Of a DNA stretch of 64,000 nt, positions 24,400 to 36,075 are shown piece after piece. The number at the start of each line of letters is the position of its first letter. Positions within the stretch are counted from its first letter, which is position 1. The stretch spans positions 13,082,001 through 13,146,000 of the forward strand of contig NC_043000.1 of the NCBI RefSeq assembly GCF_006345805.1. The letters run 5' to 3'. The notes beneath the pieces were generated by a model that had not been told where the DNA came from, ran no database searches, and was given only the letters and a program-made list of their open reading frames with translations. Made by a program: the position numbers and the translations under genes. This DNA is from Octopus sinensis (Eukaryota).

Positions 24400-24800
24400 G
24401 ACAGGGAGTTATGTACAGGGAGGGTGGTCATACAAAGAGTTCAGGCCATTTCTGGTCAAGAGAGACTTTGAACCGAGCAGTCGTTGGCATCTTCACCATC
24501 TCATCCGGCAGCTTATTCCACGGATCCGCAACCCGGACGGAGAAAGCCCCTCTCCTTCGACTGAGATGAAATCGTCGTAGATAGAGCTTTTCAGAGTGAC
24601 CCCGCAGCCCACGTTCTGGAGCAGGAGTGAAGAACAGCTCTTTCGAGAGGTTACACTTTCCGCTTATGATGTTGTGAACGAGAATGAGATCACCACGGCG
24701 TCGTCATTTTTCGAGAGAATAAAGGTCGAGTGTCTTCAGCCTTTCTTCATAAGACAAATGCTTGAGACCAAGATGTTGTGTCATGTGTGTAATAGCAGCC
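24400..24800 (-). pseudogene. CR1-clade LINE 3' fragment
   Basis: Minus frame LSYEERLKTLDLYSLEK*RRRGDLI...FSVRVADPWNKLP, a typical CR1 RT C-terminus; stop at 24430-24428. Confidence 0.85.
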
Positions 24801-24878
24801 CTGACACATTTAATTCAACAGGAATGGGGTCCATTTGAGCTTTATGGGGTAGGGTAGGTCAGTACGTGTCATACTTAC

Positions 24879-24971
24879 ATCAGCTATTGTCATTGTTATA
24901 TTATCTTTGGCCTCTTCAGGACCAACAGCGGCGAAGTAAACAGGGAAGCCCATTGATCCAAGTCTCAACAC
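24879..24971 (-). CDS. APOOL: APOOL-like exon 2 (VLRLGSMGFPVYFAAVGPEEAKDNITMTIAD)
   Basis: Long pyrimidine tract plus AG, GTAAGT donor, 93 nt phase 0-0, no stops. Confidence 0.78.
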
Positions 24972-25195
24972 CTTCAAAAGTAAGAAGAAAAAGAAAAAAA
25001 AACACCATATTGAACGCCAATAACTTCACAAATTCAACATATTCAAACAGTGGCCAGAGACTTCAGAGTACTTTTCTATTACCGACAGCCAATTTTATAC
25101 TGACAAAAGGATTAGATAAATAAACTAATACATTTGTAAGGCGAGTGTATTCTCACGATTAGTGAGTGTACTCTAAGCCAATATTCTATCCTTTG

Positions 25196-25410
25196 CTGCC
25201 CACAAGGGGCTACACACAGGGGGGACAAACAAGGACAGACAAACGGATTAAATTGATTACACTGACTCCAGTGCGCAACTGGTACTTATTTAATTGACCC
25301 CGAAAGGATGAAAGGCAAAGTTGACCTTGACGGAATTTGAACTCAGAATGTAGCGGCAGACGAAGCATTTCGCCCAGCATGCTAATGTTTCTGCCAACTC
25401 GCCGCCTTAA
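25196..25410 (-). mobile_element. SINE family A
   Basis: Matches the consensus. Confidence 0.8.
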
Positions 25411-25692
25411 CAATACGACTGTTATAAGTTGTCACTTGGTGACAAGTAATCATCATCACTATTTTAACGTCTGTTTTTCTATGACTGCATGGATCAGATT
25501 TCACGCATATACATACTTTTAATTCATTGCCTTTTATCCTTTTCAGGATTGATGTAATAAGTGTCAGTTGAACACTGGGGTTGACGTGATCAGCTAAACC
25601 TCTCTGCCAAAATTTCTGGCCTTATGCCTAAAGCAGAAAGGATTATTTTCATCATGGATATTGTAGATGTGATACCAATTTCTTTACTAACC

Positions 25693-25905
25693 ACAAACGG
25701 CTAAACACAGAGAGGACAAACACGGACAAACAAATGGATTAAGTCGATTATATCGACCCCAGTGTGTAACTGGTACTTATTTAATCGACCCCGAAAGGAT
25801 GAAAGGCAAAGTCAACCTTGGTGGAATTTGAACTCAGAACGTAGCGGCAGACGAAATACGGCTATGCATTTCGCCCTGCGTGCTAACGTTTCTGCCAGCT
25901 CGCTG
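25693..25905 (-). mobile_element. SINE family A, followed by a ~100-nt RTE-like ORF-end fragment (25905-26000, +)
   Basis: Consensus match. The downstream piece reads as a decayed DRDL.RYAVIAKT.QMK* LINE C-terminus. Confidence 0.75.
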
Positions 25906-26232
25906 AGACAATGACGAAAGACCGAGACCTCTGAGATATGCTGTGATTGCGAAGACCTGACAAATGAAGTGAGTTCATGGCTTGCAGGATGGCCTGCTGT
26001 GCTAACCTTCGATTGTAGGGTGTTAGTCATGGATGCTTTAATCTGTGTTGCACTTGAGCTGAGTCAGAAACAAAAATGTAACATCCTAAACTGCAGCTTA
26101 GCTGACAGCTCAGGGAAAGGTCAGAGTTAATCATTCTCTTCACTGCACTCGATGTTTAACGAGGCTCTTGCCTTGAAACAAGGGTTTGTAATTTTATGAC
26201 CATTCTATACAAGTCAATCCAAAGATCTCTCT

Positions 26233-26615
26233 TTACACTTTTACTTGTTTCAGTCATTTGACTGCGGCCATGCTGGAGCACTGCCTTTAGTTGAGCAAAT
26301 CGACCCCAGGACTTATTCTTTTTAAACCTAGTACTTATTCTATCGGTCTCTTTTGCCGAACTGCTAAGCTACGGGGACGTAAACACACCAGCATCGGTTG
26401 TCAAGCAATGCTAGGGGGACAAACACAGACACACATATATATATAGATATATACGACGGGCTTCTTTCAGTTTCCGTCTACCAAATCCACTCACAAGGCT
26501 TTGGTCAGTCCGAGTCTATAGTAGAAAACACTTGCCCAAGGTGCCACGCAGTGGGACTGAACCTGGAACCATGTGGTTTGTAAGCAAGCTACTTACGACA
26601 CAGCCACTCCTGCAC
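26233..26615 (-). mobile_element. SINE family B
   Basis: Full-length, near consensus. Confidence 0.85.
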
Positions 26616-26894
26616 GTATTGGACAAATTAGTACTAAAATAGGAGTGCAATGATGCTTCTTAGGGATCAAAGACTTATAGAAAGTCAACAGCTGATTGGT
26701 CAAATTGAGCAAGAATTTGAAGCCAGTGCTGTCCACCAGTGTAGCAACTATGGCCCACAGCCAGTTGATCCAGGGATATTAGGCATTGCAATGTTTATGC
26801 TCCAATAAAACAGTTGAAACAGATCTACAGTGACTCACTTTTGTGATGTACATTAGCAGGATACCAAGACTTGATGTCAATAATTTACCAAACT

Positions 26895-27102
26895 AAGGTG
26901 TTGAGTTGGCAGAATCATTAGCACGCCAGACAAAATGCGTAGCAACATTGAGTGTCTTAACATGAGTTCAAATTTTGCTGAGGTCAACTTTGCCTTTCAT
27001 CCTTTTGGGGTCAATAAAATAAGTACAAGTTGTGCATTGGGGTCGTTGTAATTGAGTTGGCCCCTCCCCCGAAATTGCTGGCCTTGTGCCAAAATTTAAA
27101 AC
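26895..27102 (+). mobile_element. SINE family A with 17-bp TSD CAATAATTTACCAAACT
   Basis: TSD copies at 26878-26894 and 27103-27119. Confidence 0.85.
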
Positions 27103-27135
27103 CAATAATTTACCAAACTGTTGTGATTGATAGCG

Positions 27136-27468
27136 AAGGCGCATGGCTCAATGGTTAGAGCGTCGAGCTTACGATCGTGAGGTTGTGAGCTCGAATCCCA
27201 GACTGGGTTGCGTGTTGTGTTCTTGAACAAGTCACTTTATTTTACGTTGCTCCAGTTCACTCAGCTGTAGAAATGAGTTGCAACGTAAGAGGTGCCAAGC
27301 TGTATCGGCCGTTGCCTTTCCCTTGGATAACACTCGTGGCGTGGAGAGGGGAGGCCGGTATGCATGGGCGACTGCTGGTCTTCCATAAACCACCTTGCCC
27401 AGACTTGTGACTAGGAGGGTAACTTTCTAGGTGCAATCCCATAGTCAGTTGTGACCGAAGGGGGTCAA
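27136..27468 (+). mobile_element. SINE family C (head C2, distinct tail T3)
   Basis: Head GGCGCATGGCTCAATGGTTAGAGCGTCGAGCTTACGATC (tRNA-Arg ACG-like). The 3' half differs from other copies. Confidence 0.8.
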
Positions 27469-27599
27469 CAAGTGTGATTGATAATATCGTTTAGTCAGAT
27501 TGGTGGATAGTGTATGGCAATCTTGGAGAAGATAATGGGTTTTCAGAATTATGCTGTAAATCACAGTCAGCCTTTCATTGAAGACAAAAGGGAAAAGTT

Positions 27600-28480
27600 G
27601 ATGTGGACCATGAAAGGATCAAAGGAAAAATTAGCTCACAGAATACTGGTGGATATCAACTGCGAAGGAAATTCCTATGATGGAAACATTCGGATCTTAA
27701 CCTTTGGACTGACAGATTTTAAAATAATTTATTGTAACTAAACACTTTCAAACTTCGTATACTGGCAGAATGTGTCACATAAAACATCTTTTACTCTTGG
27801 CGTTGTTGAGAAAATTCTGTATTTTGGAAGTTGTTTCTTGTTAAAGTTGTCGTATTTCAGTAATTTCAATCAATCAATGACATGTATTCAGCTGAATAAA
27901 ATTACTGGTTTGTCAACAACTTCCGGCGATGTATATTTCGTTTTTCACTGTTATTTATGACCTATTTCATCTCAGTTACGTTAGTATGAATAAACGAGTG
28001 TATCTGAAGCATGTTTACTTCATAGCACCACCATAATCGTTCGTGTTTCATTTTTCCATAACTCTAACCCTAAAACCTTAAAGTTAAAACCAGTACAAAT
28101 GCACGAACGATGTCATAAATAACAGTGACAAACGAAATGTACACTGCCGGAAGTTGTTGACAAACAATGGCAGTAATTTTATTCAGCTGAATACACGTCA
28201 TTGATTAGTTGAAATTACAGAAATATGACAACTTTAACAAGAAACAACTTCCAAAATACAGAATTTTCTCAACAACGCCAAGAGTAAAAGATGTTTTATG
28301 TGACACATTCTGCCAATATACGAAGTTTGAAAGTGTTTAGTTACAAAAAATTATTTTTTAAATCTGTTGGTCAAAAGGTAAATATCCAAACATTCAAGTC
28401 TTTATGGGAACTTCCAGCTGAGATCTCTTCAGTGATCTGGTGACTGATTTAGCTTTGAGTAATTTCAGTGGTTGTTGAAA
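27600..28480. repeat. Large fold-back element: ~280-bp well-matched inverted arms (about 27680-27962 and 28110-28400); related fragment at 41230-41390
   Basis: The arms are direct reverse complements of each other. Confidence 0.85.
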
Positions 28481-28811
28481 GGTATCACATAATTTCTCCT
28501 ATTTTACTGCTGGCCATGAGGAGAAAATCAAATAACTTCTCTTATTTTAGAGGAAATTGCTGTTTAAACATGTCAAATTGGAAGATAACAAGAGGCTTAG
28601 TTGAACTGAAAAATTATTCAATCACATTGCAGTTGACAGTTAAATAATAGAACTGAATATATTAAGTTTTTTTTTCTTTTTTACTGAAATGTTTTTTTAA
28701 AAAATCACTTGTCAATAACAAACAAGCAAATTGTTAGTAAGAAGATTAAACCCAATTATCAGTTGTAACCGTAAAAATAAAGTAATTTTGTACTTTTTTC
28801 TTTTGCAAGAT

Positions 28812-29215
28812 ATTGCCAGAGTGGCTAACTGGCATCCGTGCCGGTGGCACATAAAAAGCATCATTTGATCATGATCGTTACCAGTATCGCCTTACTGGCA
28901 CTTGTGCCAGTGACATGTGAAAAACATTCAAGTGAGGTTGTTGCCAGTGCCACCGGACTGGCTCCTGTGCAGGTGGCATGTAAAAAATACCATTTGAGCA
29001 TGGTCATTGCCAGTACCGCCTGACTGGCCCTCGTGCCGGTGGCATGTAAAAGCACCCACTACACTCTTGGAGTGGTTGGCGTTAGGAAGGGCATCCAGCT
29101 GTAGAAACTCTGCTAGATTAGACTGGAGCCTGGTGCAGCCATCTGGTTCACCAGTCCTCAGTCAAATCGTCTAACCCATGCTAGCATGGAATGCAGACGT
29201 TAAACGATGATGATA
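28812..29215 (+). mobile_element. Retroposon family D (4 hairpin units)
   Basis: Same core and tail. Confidence 0.82.
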
Positions 29216-29274
29216 ATTGTGACAATACAGAAATCATTTATTTACTTTCATTATCAAACAGTTTAGTCCTTTAA

Positions 29275-29496
29275 CCCTTTCGATACCAACCTGGCTGAAA
29301 CCACCTCTGGCTCTGTAGTACAAATGTCTTATATTAAAAAGTTCTTAAGTAAAATCTTCCACCAAACCTTAGTCACAATTTATGTTTCTAACACTGGGTT
29401 AATGATAAGAAAGTTATTTTACTAAATTCTTGGTTATATTTAAAATCAATTGAAACAAACACAGAGCATCTCAACAGAAATATGGCAACAAAAGGG
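29275..29496. mobile_element. piggyBac-type MITE
   Basis: TTAA|CCCTTT...AAAGGG|TTAA. Confidence 0.8.
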
Positions 29497-29760
29497 TTAA
29501 TACTGAAATCAGTGCTATTTTAAGGCATAGGCACACTGGGCAGTTACCCAGGGTCCTTATAGGGGTCCAATAATGATCTATGTATGTAGTACCCAGTGCA
29601 TTGATTTTTTTCCCAGAGGCCTATAACACTGTGAAGAAGGCTCTGACTGATATATGAAAACATTTTTCTACAGCACCAATTTTATATTTTTGTTTTATTA
29701 GATTTTCTATTAAATAATTTACTTTATTTTACTCCCCGCCCCCAAAAAGTTGGTCTAAAC

Positions 29761-30125
29761 CAGGCCTGACCAACTCGAATTTATTGCAGGCCACTTTCAT
29801 CACAGAAAGTTTTTTGAGGGCTGCTCGTATACTGACAGAATTGAAAGCATTTTGCTTTCTTATGCTATTATTACAATGATGAATGAATGATCGTTGGTTC
29901 AACATGAAATATCATTGCAAAAACAGTACTCTTTTACTCTTTTACTTGTTTCAGTCATTTGACTGCGGCCATGCTGGAGCACCGCCTTTAGTCTTTCTTT
30001 TTTACTTTTCATTACAATCTCTAATTTTTGATAAAATTTTTAAAATGTTTGTTTAAATAAACCCGTTTCAAGAAAATATCAAGCGGGCCGCATGCGACCA
30101 GCGGGTCTCAGGTTGGCAAGCCATG
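29761..30125. mobile_element. hAT-type MITE
   Basis: TIRs CAGGCCTGACCAAC and GGTTGGCAAGCCATG; perfect 8-bp TSD GTCTAAAC; contains a SINE-B tail fragment (29928-29992). Confidence 0.85.
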
Positions 30126-30156
30126 GTCTAAACGAATTACAATATTAAGTTTCATC

Positions 30157-30251
30157 GGCGGAAGTAAAGAATACGCACATGCAACCCGTTTTTTGGCGTA
30201 ACCCTAACCCCAAACCTTAAACCTTGGGTGTGCGTATTCTTTACCTTCGCC
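30157..30251. mobile_element. 95-bp Mutator-like MITE
   Basis: ~25-bp TIRs starting with GG; perfect 9-bp TSD AGTTTCATC; CCCTAA-like core. Confidence 0.7.
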
Positions 30252-30843
30252 AGTTTCATCGAAATATGGGTTTTGAATTTCGACACAGAGCCAGCAACTT
30301 CGGGTGATGGGGTAAATCGATTACAGTGCTCATCTAGTACTTATTTTATCGACCCCCGCGGTGTCTGAACTCAGGGCGTTAAGTTAGAAGAAATGCTGCT
30401 CAGTATTTCGTCCGACACTGTAACGATACTGTCAGTTTCATCTAAATTTACGCTACGAGAAATCGACCATATCCCCTCACGGAATGTCTGATTTTCTGAT
30501 AATTTTCAAAATCCTCCACCATCATTATAAAGAGATTATAATATAGCGTAACACTTTTGTAAATTAAGCCAAAGACGCGTTTTTGATATCCAATTTGGGC
30601 TTTTTTTTTTAGTTTAGTTACTTATGCCCTTGCATGCATGAATGTGACACCGTCCTATTTATCGATATCTGCTTTAACTCTGGCTTTGCTACAGACGTTA
30701 TATCTACAGTAAATATACGAAAACAAAGTAAATCAAAGATCAAAATCATAAATAAGTCAACACGAATATTTTTCACAGACAAAAAGGGAAATAAATATAA
30801 GAGAAATGAAATAAAAAATGTCAATGTCAAACTTTGAACTCAC

Positions 30844-30855
30844 CTGACGCGCCAT
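30844..30855 (-). CDS. APOOL: APOOL-like exon 1 coding part (MARQ)
   Basis: CAAGATGGCG start context, then ATG GCG CGT CAG and a GTGAGT donor, phase 0. A very short first coding exon is expected for this family. Confidence 0.75.
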
Positions 30856-30890
30856 CTTGAACGGTGTTACACTATCGGTGTCACCGATGT
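30848..30890 (-). promoter_or_regulatory. APOOL start and core-promoter region: TISU/YY1-like CAAGATGGCGCG plus a 15-bp palindrome ATCGGTG-T-CACCGAT (30874-30888)
   Basis: Read directly from the sequence; function is inferred. Confidence 0.5.
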
Positions 30891-31774
30891 TATTTTTTAC
30901 CGGTCATTTTTGTAACTATGAAATTATGTGATGAATTTTTGTTACTAAGATAGACGACAGAGATTTATTATACGTGATGAATGTTACTAAGATAGACGAC
31001 ATACTTAGAAAATTCCGAAAAAGAAAAGAACTACATCAAACATTAGGAACGGAGAAAAAACAAACAAACAAAACAGTTAATATTCAATACAGCTTATATC
31101 TGATATCAGTTCAAGTTGAAAACTCAGTAAAAGAAAAATATTTATAAATGTTTTTCAATCTAGAAGGCATGGCTACGTAGTTAAGGATCTCGCTGTGCAA
31201 CGACGTGCATTTGGGATCAATTCCATTGCGCGGTACCTTGATCGCAACACTCGTCGTATATGTTTGTGTGTGTATGTTTTTGTGTTTGTGTCCACCCATC
31301 CATCGCTTGACAACCGGTGTTACTTTGTTTACCTCTCCGTAACATAGCAGATCGGCAAAAAAACGAACAAAATAAATGTCAGATTTTAAAAATAAATACT
31401 GGAGTTGATTTGTTCGATGCTGTGCTTCAGCATGACCGCTATCCAATGATGATAAAAAAAAAATTACCAAAGAATTTACATAAATAATTCTATAGCGTCC
31501 AATATCTTTTTAAAAATTTATATATTTCATATAATTGTTTTTACTTGCGATACAAAACCGACAATTTTAAGAAGAGGCAACTAATCGATAATAAAGAACT
31601 CAGAACTTGATAGGTACCTTTTTTTTTTTTTATCGTTCCTGAAAAGATGAAAAGACAAGGTTAGCATCAACGGTATTTGAACTCAGTACCCAATACCACA
31701 AAGCATTCTTTTTCTGCGTTTTAACCACTCTGCTATTTCAGTGCCCAATTTACGTTTATTATAATTAATAAGTT

Positions 31775-31985
31775 TCAAATTTTGGCACACGGCCAGTAAT
31801 TTCAGGGGACGGGGTAAGTCGAACATATCGACCCCAGTGTTCAGCTGATACTTATTTCATCGACTTCGAAAGGATGGAAGGCAAAGTCAACCCCGGCGGC
31901 ATTTGAACTCATAACGTAAAGGCGGACAAATTGCCGCTAAGCATTTTGCTCGACGTCCTAACGATTCTGCCAGCTCGTCGCCTTA
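31775..31985 (-). mobile_element. SINE family A
   Basis: Consensus match. Confidence 0.8.
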
Positions 31986-32659
31986 ATTATATAATGATTA
32001 CTGAACTGTAATGTTGGTTATGGGTCTTCACAAGGCCAATCTCTAGTTTGCTGCCTTTCCGACAACGAGAGTGAGAAGGGAGTGCCTATAACTAGGTACA
32101 GAATAAATATCTCGAGGGACTTCATTCGTAAAGTCCTTCGAGATATTCGTAAAAAGCATTCATTGTTTTTCTTTTCTTTTTCAGTGTTGATGCAAGTTGG
32201 TGAAAGATACACATAAAAACATTAAGAAAAAAGAAGCCCTCCATTGAGTGGAGGTGGTCTAAGTGAGTTTTGGAATGGCTAAGATGTACCTTCCACGCTG
32301 CATATATTTCAGTTTGAAGACACGTTCTTCACGTACAACTCACTTTCCCAGACAATACTTTTTTTTATAAAGTTTAATGAATAGTTTTTATAAAGTTTAC
32401 AAACTGAAGGCATACCAACACAAGTGTGTCCCCATCCCACGACTTTGTACCTCACAACTTTCAGAAAAATGGATATTTTTTTAATGAAAATGTCTACATG
32501 TATCTTTCAGACGGTGTACAATCCGATTTAAATCGTAATTTATTGTGGAAAAAAAATTCGGAATGGGTGGGGAGGAGGAATATCGGATAATTCACTCAAA
32601 ACGACTTTGTTTCCTCATAACTGAAAAAAAAACTGGACATTTTAAAACTGAAAGTTTCT

Positions 32660-33050
32660 AGGCTGTGTGGTAAGAAGATTGCTTTCCAACTACATGGTTC
32701 CAGGTTCGGTTTCAATGCCTGGCACCTTGGGCAAGTGTTTTCTACCATAGTCCCGAGTCGACCAAAGGCCTTGTGATTGGATTTGGTGGACGGAAACTGA
32801 AGGAAGCCCGTCGTTAGGTATTTATACGTATACGTCTTTGTGTGTGTTTTTATGTGTGTTATTGTTTTCCACCACCACTTGACAACCGGTGTTCATTTGT
32901 TTGCGTTCCCATAAGTTAACAGTTCGACAAAAAGAGACTGACAGAATAAGTACCAGACTTTAAAAGAAAAGCATAAAGACTGGGGTCAATTTGTTCCACT
33001 AAACTCTTCAAGGCAGTGCCTAAGCATGGCTGCAGTCTAATGTTTGAAAC
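32660..33050 (+). mobile_element. SINE family B
   Basis: Full-length, moderately diverged. Confidence 0.8.
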
Positions 33051-33075
33051 AAGAGATTAAATACCGGTACTTTAA

Positions 33076-33315
33076 GAAGGGTGGTCCCGGTGCGTGCACT
33101 CGCGTACTCACGCATCCGCGCTAGCTAGTCGTGACTAGTCGATCCATACTTTGTGTTTTTGTGTTTTATTTACTTTGTTTAAAAAAAATTATCTATTTTG
33201 TGAAAAAAATGATTTATTTAAAAATTTTTTTACTTTGGTAGGTAGTCATTGTAGGATCGACTAGTCACGACTAGCTAGCGCGAGTACGCGAGTGCGCGCA
33301 CCGGGACCACTCTTC
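33076..33315. mobile_element. MITE with ~70-bp CpG-rich TIRs and a TTAA TSD (Kolobok-like)
   Basis: TTAA|GAAGGGTGGTCCCGGTGCG...CGCACCGGGACCACTCTTC|TTAA. Confidence 0.75.
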
Positions 33316-33564
33316 TTAAATGGTACCTTACATACCTTTCAGTTGGTGCAGATTATGATATCCGTGGAATTTAATGTATAAACAAAAACGTTGGGCGCGC
33401 ACACACATAATTTTCTCAAAATTACAAGTCTCATTTTATAGATATACCTGTTCTGTGCCAGTATGTACGTGTGCGCATTTACCAACTTTTTAAACACTAA
33501 GTCCCGATATAATCGTTATCTACACCATCTGAATTGTATTTATTGAAAATCTCTTTTAAAAATA

Positions 33565-33913
33565 CTAGCAGTTGCTCGAGTTTGTTTTGACCCTTTAGAA
33601 TTGGAATTTTGCATTATGTAGCTTGTTATTCTCTTTAGGTGAACATTTTTCTGGTTGAAATACACCGAAAAATGGCGACACAGCCGTAAAATATCGTAAA
33701 AAATAGGGATTTTCTTAGAAAAAAAGGACCTTTTTGATGTAAATAATTTTTGGTGTTAACATGGTCCGATTTGAATTTTATTTCCTACGGAAGGAAGAGC
33801 AAGCCTTCTTCTATCATACTCTCAATTTTGATCAACTTGCGCCGCAGGGTCTCGGAGGAGATAGTGTTAATTGAAGGTTACCAAACCTAGACAACTTCAG
33901 CTTTATATATAGA
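33565..33913 (-). mobile_element. Non-autonomous Helitron-like element
   Basis: 5' TCTATATATAAAG and 3' CAAACTCGAGCAACTGCTAG|T, similar to the termini of 23422-23796. Confidence 0.7.
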
Positions 33914-34552
33914 GGGATTTATTCTTCTGAAAGTTACGAGGAAACGATGTCAGAGGGTAGCACCCTTGTGTAGGTATTCCCAACGTAATACCAGTTCGAA
34001 TATGTTTAATAACTGTTTGAACCTGTAGAAAGCTTTTCACTGCAGTCTGTCATAAATTAAAATATTTCTCAATCATATTTGGATTGATATTTAAGTTTAT
34101 TTACTCTCAATCACGGCTTTGAGCTTCTACTTAAGACTGCTATGAAGTTACATAACTCTGTAGTCTACTGGAAAGAGTTACCTCCCATGCCACCTTTTGT
34201 TGTATCGTTTGTTTAACTTCAGACAGTTGTTTTTTTTTCTCGTTGAGCGTTTGCGTGGAAGGTTCCCAATTTCGTTGGTTCATTTCTCTGTGAAAATCCG
34301 GAAAAGTTGATGATTATGATGGATTTGGGTATTGACATATACGTATAAATACCTAACGATACAAAAAAGCCTTTTAAAAGAAAAAAAATGGTTTTAGCTA
34401 CGTACTCAGAAGTATAACTGTATAGGTGCGTGTGCGCAAGTAGTGTACGTATGTTTGTATGTGCGTGCATGCGTGTGTGTGTGTGTGTGTGTGTTGTGTG
34501 TGTGTGTGTGAATATTTTCATTCTTTAGTTTGTTGAAAAGAAAATATATATA

Positions 34553-34971
34553 GCGTAGGAGTGGCTGTGTGGTAAGTAGCTTGCTTACGAACCACATGGT
34601 TCCGGGTTCAGTCCCACTGCGTGGCACCTTGGGCAAGTGTCTTCTGCTATAGCCTCGGGCCGACCAATGCCTTGTGAGTGGATTTGGTAGACGGAAACTG
34701 AAAGAAGCCTGTCGTATATATGTATACATATATATGTGTGTGTATATGTTTGTGTGTCTGTGTTTGTCCCCCTAGCATTGCTTGACAACCGATGCTGGTG
34801 TGTTTACGTCCCCGTAACTTAGCGGTTCGGCAAAAGAGACCGATAGAATAAGTACTGGGCTTACAAAAAAGAATAAGTCCCGGGGTCGAGTTGCTCGACT
34901 AAAGGCGGTGCTCCAGCATGGCCGCAGTCAAATGACTGAAACAAGTAAAAGAGTAAAAGAGTAAAAAGAGT
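34553..34971 (+). mobile_element. SINE family B, young full-length copy
   Basis: Starts GCGTAGGAGTGGCTGTGTGG and ends with three GAGTAAAA-type tail units. Confidence 0.9.
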
Positions 34972-36075
34972 ATATATTGGTCCAAATCTCTTTGACGCCT
35001 TACACATTCCAAGCGGGCGCGACAGAGATGTATTTCACAACTCCACGCCGGTAATCTCCGCCTTCTATTAGCTTTAGAAGGTTCTTGATTTCATGTTCTT
35101 TTTATGCGTTTTTGAACGGTTAATCTGCTAGGAATAGGAGTTGATGTGTGGTAAGAAGTTTGCTTCCCAACCACGTGGTTCTGGGTTCAGAAGGGCTGTA
35201 GTGATCTTGATACCCCCATGGAAACCGGCCTTTTGTGTCATAGTTCTCAAGAAGAAGAAAAAAAACTGTAATGTTCGATGTGTCCCTACCACGCTTGTTT
35301 TTTTTTAACAGCGTGTGATTTAAGAGTGATTTGGCTGTTATTTTTTGCAGGCCAAAAGGCCATATGAGGTCTCTCGCGGTACGCTTAATGTGTGTAAGGG
35401 AGATAACTTAGTGTATTCGAGTTGTATTTGAATACTATATGCACACAGCTAAGCATTCATGAGCAAACATGGAAGATTCTACCTAGTCGCTCGAGCTGCA
35501 AGCAATAACCGCTCCCATCCATCTTAAACAAAACAGGATGCGGAAGAGAATATAGCTGTATATATACTGTTTCTAAAATAAAAAAAAAAAAGGAGAAGAA
35601 GAAGAAGACGGGAGCGTCATGACTAGAACGGCTTTGATCAGAGGAAATCTGGGATTAAACAAAAACAATAACTCGATATATGCCGCAGAAGCAGTGTAAA
35701 ATTAAAATAGTCATCTGTGTATCATACTTAATGTAGACACATCGCGAAAAGCAAATTAACCGTGGTATCCGTTCAGGGATAATATTCTTTATGGATGCAT
35801 TGTGTTTAAAGACACAAAAATATGTCAGTAGCTGACAAAAATCGTTTAGTAGCGGCGGTGAGAATGCTCGATGCATATTTCTACTTTGTTAGTCTTTGTT
35901 AGTAGGATCTAGTCACTGCCAACCACATGCTATGATAAGATGCGCTGCCACTGATATAAGAAAACAACGACTGAAAAATTGCTGATGTTGCTTTTAAACA
36001 CCCGCCCTAAACAAAACATCAATGGATGTTATAGAAACAGTATTAGATTAAAACAACCATCTATGTATCATAATG

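Noticed and set aside
32100-32135. Short hairpin CTCGAGGGACTT...AAGTCCTTCGAG
   Set aside because: An isolated 12-bp stem with no supporting context.
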